Below, piece after piece: positions 8,381 through 17,952 of a DNA stretch of 64,000 nt. The stretch comes from Desulfomicrobium sp. (lineage in GTDB: Bacteria > Desulfobacterota > Desulfovibrionia > Desulfovibrionales > Desulfomicrobiaceae). The position numbers were made by a program, and so were the translations under genes. The notes under the pieces were generated by a model. That model saw only the letters and a list, made by a program, of their open reading frames with translations, searched no databases and was not told where the DNA came from. The stretch's first letter is position 1, and each line of letters begins with the position of its first letter. The stretch is taken from contig JAXGMI010000001.1 in assembly GCA_040768745.1 (NCBI GenBank), forward strand, positions 384,001-448,000. Direction: 5' to 3'.

Positions 8381-10543
8381 ATGGCCCATGTTTCCGTAGG
8401 TGCTCTGCACGTCGCCGCCCCTTTGTATGCCTTCATCCAAACCCAGGCCACTCCGGGGACGGGCATCGATCCGGACCGGTTCTGGCGTTCCCTGGAATCG
8501 ATTCTGCGCGATCTGACTCCCCGCAACCAGGCCCTGCTGGACAAACGACAGGAACTGCAGAACAGCATTGACGCCTGGCACCTGCAGAGACGTGGCCAGG
8601 CCCATGACGCCGGAGCCTATGCCCAGTTCCTGCGCGACATCGGCTACATCGTCCCCCATGGTGAACCCTTTGCCATCGGCACCACGGGGGTTGACCCGGA
8701 AATTTCCTCCCTTGCCGGTCCTCAACTGGTGGTGCCGGCCACCAACGCCCGCTACGCCCTGAACGCGGCCAACGCCCGCTGGGGAAGCCTGTACGACGCC
8801 CTGTACGGCACCGACGTCCTGCCCGAGGATGGCGGCGCCACGCGGGGCGGCCCCTACAATCCCGTGCGCGGGGCCAAGGTCATGGAATACGCCGCGTCCT
8901 TCCTGGACAAGGCCCTGACCCTGACCCACGGCAGCCACGCGCAGGTGACCGAATACCGCCTGGTCCAGCGCGGAAGGGCCTGGGAGGTGGAGTTCGTCCT
9001 TCCAACCGGCGCCACGACACTCAGAAATCAGGCCGCCTTCGCCGGATTCGCGCCGGGCGCACTGCTCTTTGTCAACAACGGACTGCACATCGAACTGCGT
9101 CTCGACCGCACCCACCCCATTGGCGCGGCCCATCCGGCCGGCTTGAAGGATGTGGTCCTGGAAGCGGCCATGACCACCATCGTCGACTTCGAGGATTCCA
9201 TCGCCGCCGTGGACGGCGAGGACAAGGCCCTGACCTACGCCAACTGGCTGGGGCTCATGCGCGGGGACCTGCAGGCCACCTTCTCCAAGGGCGGGGGCAC
9301 GCTGCAGCGCAGCCTGAATCCGGACCGGGCCTACACGGCCCCGGACGGATCGATGCTGACCCTGCACGGCCGAAGCCTCCTGCTGGTGCGCAACGTCGGC
9401 CATCTGATGACCACGGACGCCGTGCTCCTGGACGGGAGGGAAATCCCCGAAGGCATCCTCGATGCCATGGTCACCGGGCTCATGGCCCACCACGACCTCA
9501 AGTGCCTGGGCCGCTACCGCAACAGCCGCGCGGGCAGCGTGTACATCGTCAAGCCCAAGATGCACGGACCCGGGGAAGTGGCCTTTGCCTGCGACCTCTT
9601 CGACCGGGTCGAGGACGCCGTGGGACTTCCCCGGCACACCATGAAGATCGGCATCATGGACGAGGAGCGGAGGACTTCGGTCAACCTGGCCGAATGCATC
9701 CGCCAGGCCCGGGACCGGGTCATCTTCATCAACACCGGATTCCTGGACCGCACCGGCGACGAGATCCACACCAGCATGGAAGCCGGCCCCATGGTGCCCA
9801 AGGCGGCCATGAAGAACCAGCGCTGGATTCTGGCCTACGAGGACTGGAACGTGGACACGGGCCTGGCCTGCGGCTTCTCGGGCAAGGCCCAGATCGGCAA
9901 GGGCATGTGGGCCATGCCCGACCGCATGCGCCAGATGGTCGAGACCAAGCAGGCCCACCCCCTGGCCGGGGCCAACTGCGCCTGGGTGCCCTCGCCCACG
10001 GCCGCGACCCTGCACGCCATGCACTACCACGAGGTGGACGTCTTCGCCCGCCAGGCCGAACTCGCCGGCAAGGCCAGGGCCTCCCTGGACGACCTGCTGA
10101 CTCTGCCGCTGCTGGACGGGAAACTTGCGCCGGAAGAGATCCAGCGCGAACTGGACAACAACTGCCAGGGCATCCTGGGCTACGTGGTCCGCTGGGTGGA
10201 CCAGGGCATCGGCTGCTCCAAGGTGCCGGACATCACGGACACGGGCCTCATGGAGGACCGCGCCACCCTGCGCATCTCCAGCCAGTACATCGCCAACTGG
10301 CTGCACCACGGCCTGTGCACGCCGGAGCAGGTCCGCGAAACCCTCAAGCGCATGGCCGCCGTGGTCGACCGTCAGAACCACGGCGACCCGGCCTACCGCC
10401 CCATGGCCCCGGACTTCGAGGCCAGCGAGGCCTTCCGGGCCGCCAAGGACCTCATCTTCAAGGGCATCCAGCAGCCGAGTGGCTACACCGAGCCCATCCT
10501 GCACGCCAGGAGACGGGCGCGCAAAGCCAAAGACCTCAAATAA
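8381..10543 (+). CDS. glcB: Malate synthase G
   Basis: 720 aa; [68 protein letters not shown]. Confidence 0.97.
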   Translation: MAHVSVGALHVAAPLYAFIQTQATPGTGIDPDRFWRSLESILRDLTPRNQALLDKRQELQNSIDAWHLQRRGQAHDAGAYAQFLRDIGYIVPHGEPFAIGTTGVDPEISSLAGPQLVVPATNARYALNAANARWGSLYDALYGTDVLPEDGGATRGGPYNPVRGAKVMEYAASFLDKALTLTHGSHAQVTEYRLVQRGRAWEVEFVLPTGATTLRNQAAFAGFAPGALLFVNNGLHIELRLDRTHPIGAAHPAGLKDVVLEAAMTTIVDFEDSIAAVDGEDKALTYANWLGLMRGDLQATFSKGGGTLQRSLNPDRAYTAPDGSMLTLHGRSLLLVRNVGHLMTTDAVLLDGREIPEGILDAMVTGLMAHHDLKCLGRYRNSRAGSVYIVKPKMHGPGEVAFACDLFDRVEDAVGLPRHTMKIGIMDEERRTSVNLAECIRQARDRVIFINTGFLDRTGDEIHTSMEAGPMVPKAAMKNQRWILAYEDWNVDTGLACGFSGKAQIGKGMWAMPDRMRQMVETKQAHPLAGANCAWVPSPTAATLHAMHYHEVDVFARQAELAGKARASLDDLLTLPLLDGKLAPEEIQRELDNNCQGILGYVVRWVDQGIGCSKVPDITDTGLMEDRATLRISSQYIANWLHHGLCTPEQVRETLKRMAAVVDRQNHGDPAYRPMAPDFEASEAFRAAKDLIFKGIQQPSGYTEPILHARRRARKAKDLK

Positions 10544-10558
10544 GACTCCACAACGCGA

Positions 10559-10581
10559 AAGGGGCGGAAATTCCGCCCCTT
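10559..10581. terminator. Hairpin between convergent glcB and LysE genes
   Basis: aaggggcggaa-a-ttccgcccctt. Confidence 0.65.
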
Positions 10582-10586
10582 CGCCG

Positions 10587-11228
10587 TTACAGCACCCGCC
10601 GCGCCTCCTGCCACAGGATCGAGCACCCGACCCCGCCGAAGATCACCCCCACCGCGCCATCGATCCAGCGCGCCAAGCCCGCGTACATGTACCGCATCCG
10701 CCCGGTGGACAGAAACAGGGCCAGGAGCGTGAACCAGGCCGTGACGATGACGATGACCTCGGCCCCGTAGATCCAGCGCACCGCGCCGGGCGTGTCCGGG
10801 GTCATGAACTGGGAGAAGATGCTGAGGAAAAAGAGGGCCGCCTTGGGGTTGAGCAGGTTGCACCAGAACCCTTCGCGCCAGCCGCGCAGGGGGGAGGCAT
10901 TGACCTTGGCCGGCTGGGCCAGATCGCACATCCCGGGCATCCCCTGTGGCCGACTGAAAAGGCACCGCACCGCGATGGAGAGCAGATAGAGTGCGCCGCA
11001 AACGCGGATCAGGCCGAACACGGCCGGGCTGGAGGCGATGACCAGGGCCAGCCCCAACACGGAGTAGACCACGTGCACCACCAGGGCCGATCCGATGCCC
11101 AGGGCGGTCATGACTCCGGCCAGGCGGCCACGGGACAGGCTGTTCCTGAGCACCATGAAGAAATCCGGGCCCGGCGCCACGGCCACGGCCACACCCACCG
11201 CAAAAACCTGCATGAACCCGCTGTCCAC
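10587..11228 (-). CDS. LysE/RhtB family amino-acid exporter
   Basis: APGPDF and NLLNPKAALFF motifs; GTG start after GGAGG. Confidence 0.9.
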   Translation of the reverse strand: MDSGFMQVFAVGVAVAVAPGPDFFMVLRNSLSRGRLAGVMTALGIGSALVVHVVYSVLGLALVIASSPAVFGLIRVCGALYLLSIAVRCLFSRPQGMPGMCDLAQPAKVNASPLRGWREGFWCNLLNPKAALFFLSIFSQFMTPDTPGAVRWIYGAEVIVIVTAWFTLLALFLSTGRMRYMYAGLARWIDGAVGVIFGGVGCSILWQEARRVL

Positions 11229-11544
11229 AAATGCCCTCCCGGCCTGCACCCTAGTTTTGTCTTCGCTCCCAACAGAACAGGCCGCCGGCCAGCCCGGATT
11301 TGAACTGTTTCACGGCGGCCATGCACACCCGACGCAACCTGCAGGGCAACCCGTCCGCTGGGAGCCCGGTCGATGTAAAACCCTTGGGGCCTGCTGTCCA
11401 GACCCCTGCGGGCTGATTCGACCTCCATGTCCCGCCCCGGATCATGGTCCGCAATTCGGTCTTGTCATTTGGACCCCAAGCGGATAAGGAAGCGTGTCTT
11501 TCACCCCCCAAAACCGTTGAACACAGAGAAGGTATCCGTTTTAT

Positions 11545-11763
11545 ATGGCCAAGGAAGAGTCAATTGAAGTCGAAGGTGTCGTCGAGGAAGCCATGCCCAA
11601 TGCCATGTTCCTGGTCCGTCTGGAAAATGGGCACCAGGTTCTGGGGCATATTTCCGGCAAGATGCGCAAGTTCTATATCCGCATCCTTCCTGGCGACCGG
11701 GTCAAGGTGGAACTCTCCCCCTACGACCTGACCCGTGGTCGCATCACATACCGCTTCAAATAA
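11545..11763 (+). CDS. infA: Translation initiation factor IF-1
   Basis: [11 protein letters not shown]...[34 protein letters not shown]. Confidence 0.98.
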   Translation: MAKEESIEVEGVVEEAMPNAMFLVRLENGHQVLGHISGKMRKFYIRILPGDRVKVELSPYDLTRGRITYRFK

Positions 11764-11910
11764 TTTCCCGTATTGCACCGACCTGAAACGGCATGTGCCC
11801 TGGCCCATGCCGTTTCGTGTTTTCCGACCCCTGGTCGGCAACCCTGCCAGTCGAACTGCCCAATCGTCCCAAACGGCATGCAATCAGGATTTCCGGACGG
11901 GCCGCTCCCC

Positions 11911-12324
11911 TCAGCGTTCGTACTCCCCTGACCGCTCGGGCTGATACACCACTTCCTCGATCTGCACCCGCAGCACCCCCCCTCCGGGCCTGGGCCACTG
12001 GATCTCGTCGCCCTGGGAAAGGCCCAGCAGGGCGCTGCCCACCGGAGCCAGGATGGAAATGGTCTTTCCTTCGGCGTCGGGCGTACCAGGGTAGACCAGG
12101 GTCAGACAAAACTCCTCTCCGGAAGGCTGGATCCTGAATTTCACCTTGGAGTTCATGGTCACCACCGTGCCCGGCACCTCTCTGGGATCCACGATCTGGG
12201 CCCGTTCCAGTTCGTCCTCCAGGTCCGCCTTGCCGGGAAACGCGTCCTTGGGCAGGGAGTCCAGCAGGATTTCGAGACGTTCCGCATCAAGAGAAGTAAT
12301 GATGATGTGCGGTTTGGTGTTCAT
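11911..12324 (-). CDS. rnk: Regulator of nucleoside diphosphate kinase (GreA/GreB family)
   Basis: VVTMNS, LTLVYP, ISILAPVGSALLGL, YQPERSG. Confidence 0.92.
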   Translation of the reverse strand: MNTKPHIIITSLDAERLEILLDSLPKDAFPGKADLEDELERAQIVDPREVPGTVVTMNSKVKFRIQPSGEEFCLTLVYPGTPDAEGKTISILAPVGSALLGLSQGDEIQWPRPGGGVLRVQIEEVVYQPERSGEYER

Positions 12325-12543
12325 GGTCGACCTCTGTGCTTATTGTCATTTTGTCCATGCCCCGAAAGCGGAGGTCCTTGGGGCCGACCCCTGGAAGGTC
12401 GCCCCTCGTCCTAGAACGAACGAGGATTCGCAGTATCCGGAGATTGCGGGGGGGTGTGAACTGGACGGCGGTTCCCCGAAAACACGCCGCAGAATCGCAA
12501 AGGTGCAATCGCCAGGAAGGATGGTCCCCGTGAGTGCGCGGGA

Positions 12544-13074
12544 TCAGAGCCCCTTGCGTTCGAACCAGCGGAAGAGGGCCAGCACCACCGGGATGAAAAC
12601 TGCGATGACGACCCAGGGCGATACGCCCAATACCTCTGGCAGCCCGATCTTGCCGAGATCGGCCCAGGCCAGGACAGTTGATTTGAACACGGGATAGAGC
12701 TCGGCGTAAATGGCCGCCCCGGCCAGCATGCCGGCAATGGCGAAAATGGCATGCCAGCGTCCTTCCCCCAGGGCCCCCACAGAGGTCCCCGGACAGAAGC
12801 CCATGACGGCCCAGCCCGCGCCGAACAGGGCTCCTCCGACCAGAATGGCGCCCACATTCATGGGCTTGTGGCTCAGGGTGATGACGCCCGCGCCGGACAG
12901 CAGGGCGACCCCGACCATGCCGACGACAATGGCCGACAACATGAATTTGAGGATGGTCATGTCCTTCAGCAGCATGGCCCCGACCTGCTTGTCGAAACGC
13001 AGGACCCGGCCCTTCTGCAGCAGAAAACCGAAAAGGATGCCGGTGACCAGTCCCAGAATTTCGTCCGTGCCCAT
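12544..13074 (-). CDS. YeeE/YedE family (DUF6691-type) sulfur-compound transporter subunit
   Basis: LFGFLLQKG, GGALFGAGWAVMGFCPGT. Confidence 0.85.
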   Translation of the reverse strand: MGTDEILGLVTGILFGFLLQKGRVLRFDKQVGAMLLKDMTILKFMLSAIVVGMVGVALLSGAGVITLSHKPMNVGAILVGGALFGAGWAVMGFCPGTSVGALGEGRWHAIFAIAGMLAGAAIYAELYPVFKSTVLAWADLGKIGLPEVLGVSPWVVIAVFIPVVLALFRWFERKGL

Positions 13075-13616
13075 CACTGCTTCCTCCCGTAAACGAATGC
13101 CGCCACGATAATGCCCACCGCAAAGAACATGGTCAGGGCGACCAGGGCGCTGACCGAAAGCTGCATCATCCCGCTCAACCCGTGGCCGCTGGGACAGCCG
13201 TCCGCCATCCTGGCGCCAACCATGGCCACGATGCCCCCGAAAAAAGCGCCCGCGGCCCTCTTGCCTACAGAAGGCCCGAAATGTTTCTCCCACACCGGAG
13301 GAACAGCTTCCAGCTTGAAGCTCTTGTCCGTGGCCGAGGCGATGAACGAACCGACAAAAATACCCAACACCAGCATGAATTGCCAATCAACCCGGACCTT
13401 TTCCTTCACGAAGTATTCGTTGGCCTGCACGTGTTCCGGCGCGACCTGCTGGACCATCAGGCCCGCCCCGCGCACAAAGGTTGTCGAGGCCCCCAGATAG
13501 CTCGTTTTGCCCAGCCATGTGGTCGTGGCGTAGGCGGAAAAGATGGCCAGCAATCCGACCAGAGCCCCTGCCAGATACGGGCTCCACCCTCCATCGCCGG
13601 ATTTCTTCAGATCCAT
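13074..13616 (-). CDS. YeeE/YedE thiosulfate transporter family protein
   Basis: WSPYLAG, LGASTT, GARMADGCPSGHGLSG; AAGGAGGT RBS. Confidence 0.88.
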   Translation of the reverse strand: MDLKKSGDGGWSPYLAGALVGLLAIFSAYATTTWLGKTSYLGASTTFVRGAGLMVQQVAPEHVQANEYFVKEKVRVDWQFMLVLGIFVGSFIASATDKSFKLEAVPPVWEKHFGPSVGKRAAGAFFGGIVAMVGARMADGCPSGHGLSGMMQLSVSALVALTMFFAVGIIVAAFVYGRKQ

Positions 13617-13803
13617 ATGCACACCTCCTTGATTTGAAAAGGAACATCACAGCAGGCCGCGAGACCACCCTGGCCTTGGAAGCAGCATCCGCCTGTTTTT
13701 GTATCATACACCAAAAACAGGCAAAATGGGAGCCCCCTGTTCGCACCGGATCAGACCCAGACCGACGCATGGCCGGGTTCAGGACTGGACAGGGACTTCA
13801 ACC

Positions 13804-16719
13804 CTACAAAATCCGACAGGTCCTGGCCAGGGACAGACCCTGGGATCCGGCCTTGGCCAAGGCCTCCTCGCCTCCAAGAACGCAGACCAGGCCTGCGGCG
13901 CAGGCCTCGCGCAACGCTGCCCCGAATGCCCGCACATGTTCGGGTCCCGTCCCGAGGACTTCGTCCCGGACACGCTGACGGGTGGCCGCGGTCACCCCGG
14001 CCAGATGCAGGTTCAGGGCGGTGAAGCCCTTGGCGTCGGGCAGCTGGTAGGGGTCCAGGTCTCCGGAGGTACCGATGATGGCCTTGAGCAGCTCATCCTG
14101 GTCCAGACTGCCCTTTTCCAGAAAGGCTGCGCAGCCGTCAAAGGCCTTCAGGGTGGCGACAATGTTGGGATCGCGGTACGAGCCGAACGTCATCAGCCCC
14201 GAAAGACGGCCGAAGTTGCAGAATCCCCCGTAGGCGCCGCCCAGCACGCGCACTTGCTCCCACAGCCAGGTGGTGCGCAGGTACTTGCTCGCCACCAGGC
14301 TCGAGCCGTGAAACCTGTAACCGGTCTGGTTCAGGTCGCAGACCTTGCCCACGTAATTGACCTGGGCGGGAATGAGGAGCCCTTCGTCGAGACGTGCGTC
14401 CAGTCCGGCCCAGGAAGGTGTGGAAGGCTCTGCCCTGGGCAGGGCCTCCAGGAAATCCCGGAACCGGCCTTCGTGCTCACGCAGCATGGGTTCGCCCAGG
14501 GTCAGGTTCAGGATCGCCCCCTTGCCATGCACGATGGTCTGCCGGATGGCCTCCAGGTCCTCCAGTACGCCCTGCCAGTCCTGATCCACCCGCCGGGCCA
14601 GTTCGCGCAGGAAGAAAAGGTTTTCGATCCCACCCATGCGCTCCTGCAGGCGGTCGGCCTGATTGAAGCGGGAACGCAGGCGCAGACCCACGAAATGATG
14701 ACCAGAGGGGATCAGGGCCTGCTCCAGCCCGGCCTTCTCCTCCAGCAGCATCTGCCGGAACCGCTCCCGGTCATCGAAACGGGCCAGCAACAGGGCGTCG
14801 CGCACAATATCGAGCATATCCCCCACCCGGGCGGACACTGCCTTGGCCCGCACCACCATTCTGGCCACGGGGTCCGGGCTTTCTTCCCGCTGGGACAGCA
14901 GGCTGCGGGCATACACTCCGCCGGTCTTGCTGTTGATGCGTTTGGAAAAGGACACGTAACTTTCCCTGGTCGTGCCCATCTCGGTCAGCGCCCGACCGAA
15001 GAGGGGGACCAGGGGAACGAGCCGGTCCGGCATCCCGGACAGGTCCAGGGCCAGATCCAGGTAGCAGATGTTGTTGGTCGGCAGATCGTGGATCAGGACC
15101 GTGGCGAGGTCCCACTGCCCGATTTCCGTGGGTACGGTACGGACCTGGGGATCGATATCCTCCCGGCCCAGCATGGGAATGGAGGCCAGGGCCTCGGCTG
15201 GGTCAGGCGTCTCCTGCATCCGGCGCAGCACCTGGGTCTTTCGCACCAGGTCCTCGTCGTGCAGTTCAGAACTTGCCTCGCGCAGGGAGCGTATCCGCTC
15301 TTGCTCCTCGGCCTCGACCCGGGCCGAGTGTTCGGCCTTGGGCTCCAGCAGGACCACGGTGCGGTGTTTGTTGTCCAAGATATGGCGGCGGATCAGATCC
15401 TCAAAGACCTTCTCACCGTCGGCCAGGCGCGACTTGAGGCTGGCCAGGGGGGCCTCGAACGCGACCAGGTCCAGGGGATCCCGGTCGTAGAGCCATGAAC
15501 CCAGAGCCCGCAGCATGACGATGAGGCCGCGCGGGTAGGACCCGGTGTTGTTTTCACGCAGGTCGAACTCCGCGGAATTGATCCCCGCCTCGATCAGGTC
15601 CGCCTCGAACCCGCTGCCCGCGATCTGCTGCAGGGTTTGAACGATGAGGTTCTGCACGGCCTCGAAATTCTCGGGCCGTACCCCCTTCATGCCCACGGAA
15701 TAGTACATCTGCGCCATCTCGTGCTCCACGCCGGCCCCGGTCAGGTCTTCGCCCAGCCCCGATTCGATCAAGGCCTTGCGCAGAGGGGAGGCGTTCATCC
15801 CGGTCAGCAGGGAGTCCAGGATCTTGCAGGCCAGGACCGTTTCCGGATCCGCCTTGCCGGGCAGCAGCCAGTTCATGGTCAACATGCCCAGGGCCTCGTC
15901 CCCCTCGCCCGCGGCCTCGAAGGCCCGGCGCAGGACCCGCCCATGTGGTTGGAAAGGCTGTTCGAAGACGTCCGAAGCCACGTCCGCAGCCTCGAACTGG
16001 TCCAGATATGCGCGCACCTTCTCCAGTCGCGCCGTGGGATCGTCGTCTCCGTAAAAGAAGATCCAGGCATTGGACGGATGGTAGTGGGTGCGGTGGAAGG
16101 CAAGGAACTGATCATAGGTCAGGTCTGGGATGACCCTGGGGTCCCCGCCAGAGTCCAGTCCGTAGGTCGTGTCCGGAAAAAGGGACTGCTGGGAAAGTTC
16201 GGACAGCTGCGAATCGGGCGAGGAATAGACGCCCTTCATCTCGTTGTAGACCACGCCTTTGATGGCCAGCGGCTCGCCCAAGGCCTCCAGGTCCAGATGC
16301 CAGCCCTCCTGCTCGAAGATCTCGCGGGTGATGCGCGGAAAAAAGACCGCGTCCAGGTAGACATCCATCAGGTTGTAGAAGTCCTTCAGGTTCTGGCTGG
16401 CTACGGGATAGCAGGTCTTGTCCGGGTAGGTCATGGCGTTGAGAAAGGTCTGCAGCGAACCCTTCAAGAGCTCCACAAAAGGCTCCTTGACGGGATACTT
16501 GCGCGACCCGCACAGGACGGAATGCTCCAGGATGTGGGCCACGCCCGTGGAATCGCCGGGCGGGGTGCGGAAGGTGATGCCGAAGACCTTGTTTTCGTCC
16601 GTGTTGCGCACGGACAGGATGCGGGCCCCGGTCCTGTCATGCACAAAAAGATCTGCCTCGGAGGCGATTTCCAGTATATGCTTGGTCCAAATTCGTGTGA
16701 AGCCGCTGGGTGTGGTCAT
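13804..16719 (-). CDS. M16C (insulinase/presequence protease-like) zinc metallopeptidase
   Basis: Inverted zinc motif HILEH, LNAMTYPDKT, GVVYNEMKG, GGAYGG, SYRDP. Confidence 0.93.
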   Translation of the reverse strand: MTTPSGFTRIWTKHILEIASEADLFVHDRTGARILSVRNTDENKVFGITFRTPPGDSTGVAHILEHSVLCGSRKYPVKEPFVELLKGSLQTFLNAMTYPDKTCYPVASQNLKDFYNLMDVYLDAVFFPRITREIFEQEGWHLDLEALGEPLAIKGVVYNEMKGVYSSPDSQLSELSQQSLFPDTTYGLDSGGDPRVIPDLTYDQFLAFHRTHYHPSNAWIFFYGDDDPTARLEKVRAYLDQFEAADVASDVFEQPFQPHGRVLRRAFEAAGEGDEALGMLTMNWLLPGKADPETVLACKILDSLLTGMNASPLRKALIESGLGEDLTGAGVEHEMAQMYYSVGMKGVRPENFEAVQNLIVQTLQQIAGSGFEADLIEAGINSAEFDLRENNTGSYPRGLIVMLRALGSWLYDRDPLDLVAFEAPLASLKSRLADGEKVFEDLIRRHILDNKHRTVVLLEPKAEHSARVEAEEQERIRSLREASSELHDEDLVRKTQVLRRMQETPDPAEALASIPMLGREDIDPQVRTVPTEIGQWDLATVLIHDLPTNNICYLDLALDLSGMPDRLVPLVPLFGRALTEMGTTRESYVSFSKRINSKTGGVYARSLLSQREESPDPVARMVVRAKAVSARVGDMLDIVRDALLLARFDDRERFRQMLLEEKAGLEQALIPSGHHFVGLRLRSRFNQADRLQERMGGIENLFFLRELARRVDQDWQGVLEDLEAIRQTIVHGKGAILNLTLGEPMLREHEGRFRDFLEALPRAEPSTPSWAGLDARLDEGLLIPAQVNYVGKVCDLNQTGYRFHGSSLVASKYLRTTWLWEQVRVLGGAYGGFCNFGRLSGLMTFGSYRDPNIVATLKAFDGCAAFLEKGSLDQDELLKAIIGTSGDLDPYQLPDAKGFTALNLHLAGVTAATRQRVRDEVLGTGPEHVRAFGAALREACAAGLVCVLGGEEALAKAGSQGLSLARTCRIL

Positions 16720-16848
16720 GAGGTATCCTCGAAACAGGTTGCGCATAGGAGCCGCGGGAACACGGCCCGGGGCCATTTCCCTTTGCAAGGCGGAACGCTT
16801 TCTGTAAAGTCCGGAACGGTAAAGTCAACGGCAAACGAGGAGAAGACC

Positions 16849-17841
16849 ATGTCCAAGATTCTGGTCACCGGCGGCGCCGGATATATCGGGTCCCACACCA
16901 CCCTGGCTCTGTCCGAGGCCGGCCACGAGGTCGTGGTCTATGACAACCTGTCCACGGGCCGGGCCGAGGCGGTCATCCCCCCGGCCCGCCTCGTTGTCGG
17001 CGACCTGGCCGAGACGGATCGGCTGAGCGGCCTGATGCGCAGGGAGAACTTCTCGGCCATCCTCCATTTTGCCGGTTCCATCGTGGTCCCCGAATCGGTG
17101 GAAAACCCTCTCAAATACTACCGGAACAACACCAACAACACGACGGAACTGATCGGCCTGGCCGTCCGCCACGGGATCCCGCGCTTCATCTTCTCCTCCA
17201 CGGCCGCAGTGTACGGCATGCCCGAGGTCATTCCCGTGACCGAGGACACCCCGACTCAGCCCATCAACCCCTACGGCCGGACCAAGCTCATGAGTGAATG
17301 GGTCATCGAGGACACGGCCGCGGCCCACCCACAATTTTCCTATGTCATCCTGCGCTATTTCAACGTGGCCGGGGCAGACCCCAAGGGCCGCATCGGGCAG
17401 TCCACCCCCAACGCCACGCACCTGATCAAGGTCGCGGCCCAGGCCGCCCTGGGCCGGCGTGAGGCCCTGCACATCTTCGGCACGGACTACGACACCCCGG
17501 ACGGGACCTGCATCCGGGACTACATCCACGTCACCGACCTGGCCGCGGCCCATGTCCTCTCCCTTGGGCATCTGGAGGCCGGTGGCCCATCGGGCATCTT
17601 CAACTGCGGGTATGGACACGGCTATTCCGTGCGCGAGATCGTTGAGGCCGTGAAACGTGCCAGCGGGGTCGATTTTTCCGTGGTCGAATCGCCCCGTCGG
17701 GCCGGAGATCCGCCCGCCCTGGTCTCAAACCCGGCCCGCATCCGGTCCACCATGGGCTGGCAGCCGAGCCACGACGACATCGACGGCATCGCCCTGTCCG
17801 CCTATGCCTGGGAGAAGAGGCTGGAGCTGCCCGAAACTTGA
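16849..17841 (+). CDS. galE: UDP-glucose 4-epimerase
   Basis: TGGAGYIGSH, FSSTAAVYG, YGRTK, LRYFNVAGA, DGTCIRDYIHV. Confidence 0.95.
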   Translation: MSKILVTGGAGYIGSHTTLALSEAGHEVVVYDNLSTGRAEAVIPPARLVVGDLAETDRLSGLMRRENFSAILHFAGSIVVPESVENPLKYYRNNTNNTTELIGLAVRHGIPRFIFSSTAAVYGMPEVIPVTEDTPTQPINPYGRTKLMSEWVIEDTAAAHPQFSYVILRYFNVAGADPKGRIGQSTPNATHLIKVAAQAALGRREALHIFGTDYDTPDGTCIRDYIHVTDLAAAHVLSLGHLEAGGPSGIFNCGYGHGYSVREIVEAVKRASGVDFSVVESPRRAGDPPALVSNPARIRSTMGWQPSHDDIDGIALSAYAWEKRLELPET

Positions 17842-17952
17842 CTTCAGGTGCTGGATATTCCAGAGTTCCCCCCTTCATCATGCAACGAACCAATGCCTGC
17901 CACGCCCGCGCGTGGCCTGTCGGCACGCCATAACCCGGAGGAACGCCGTCCC

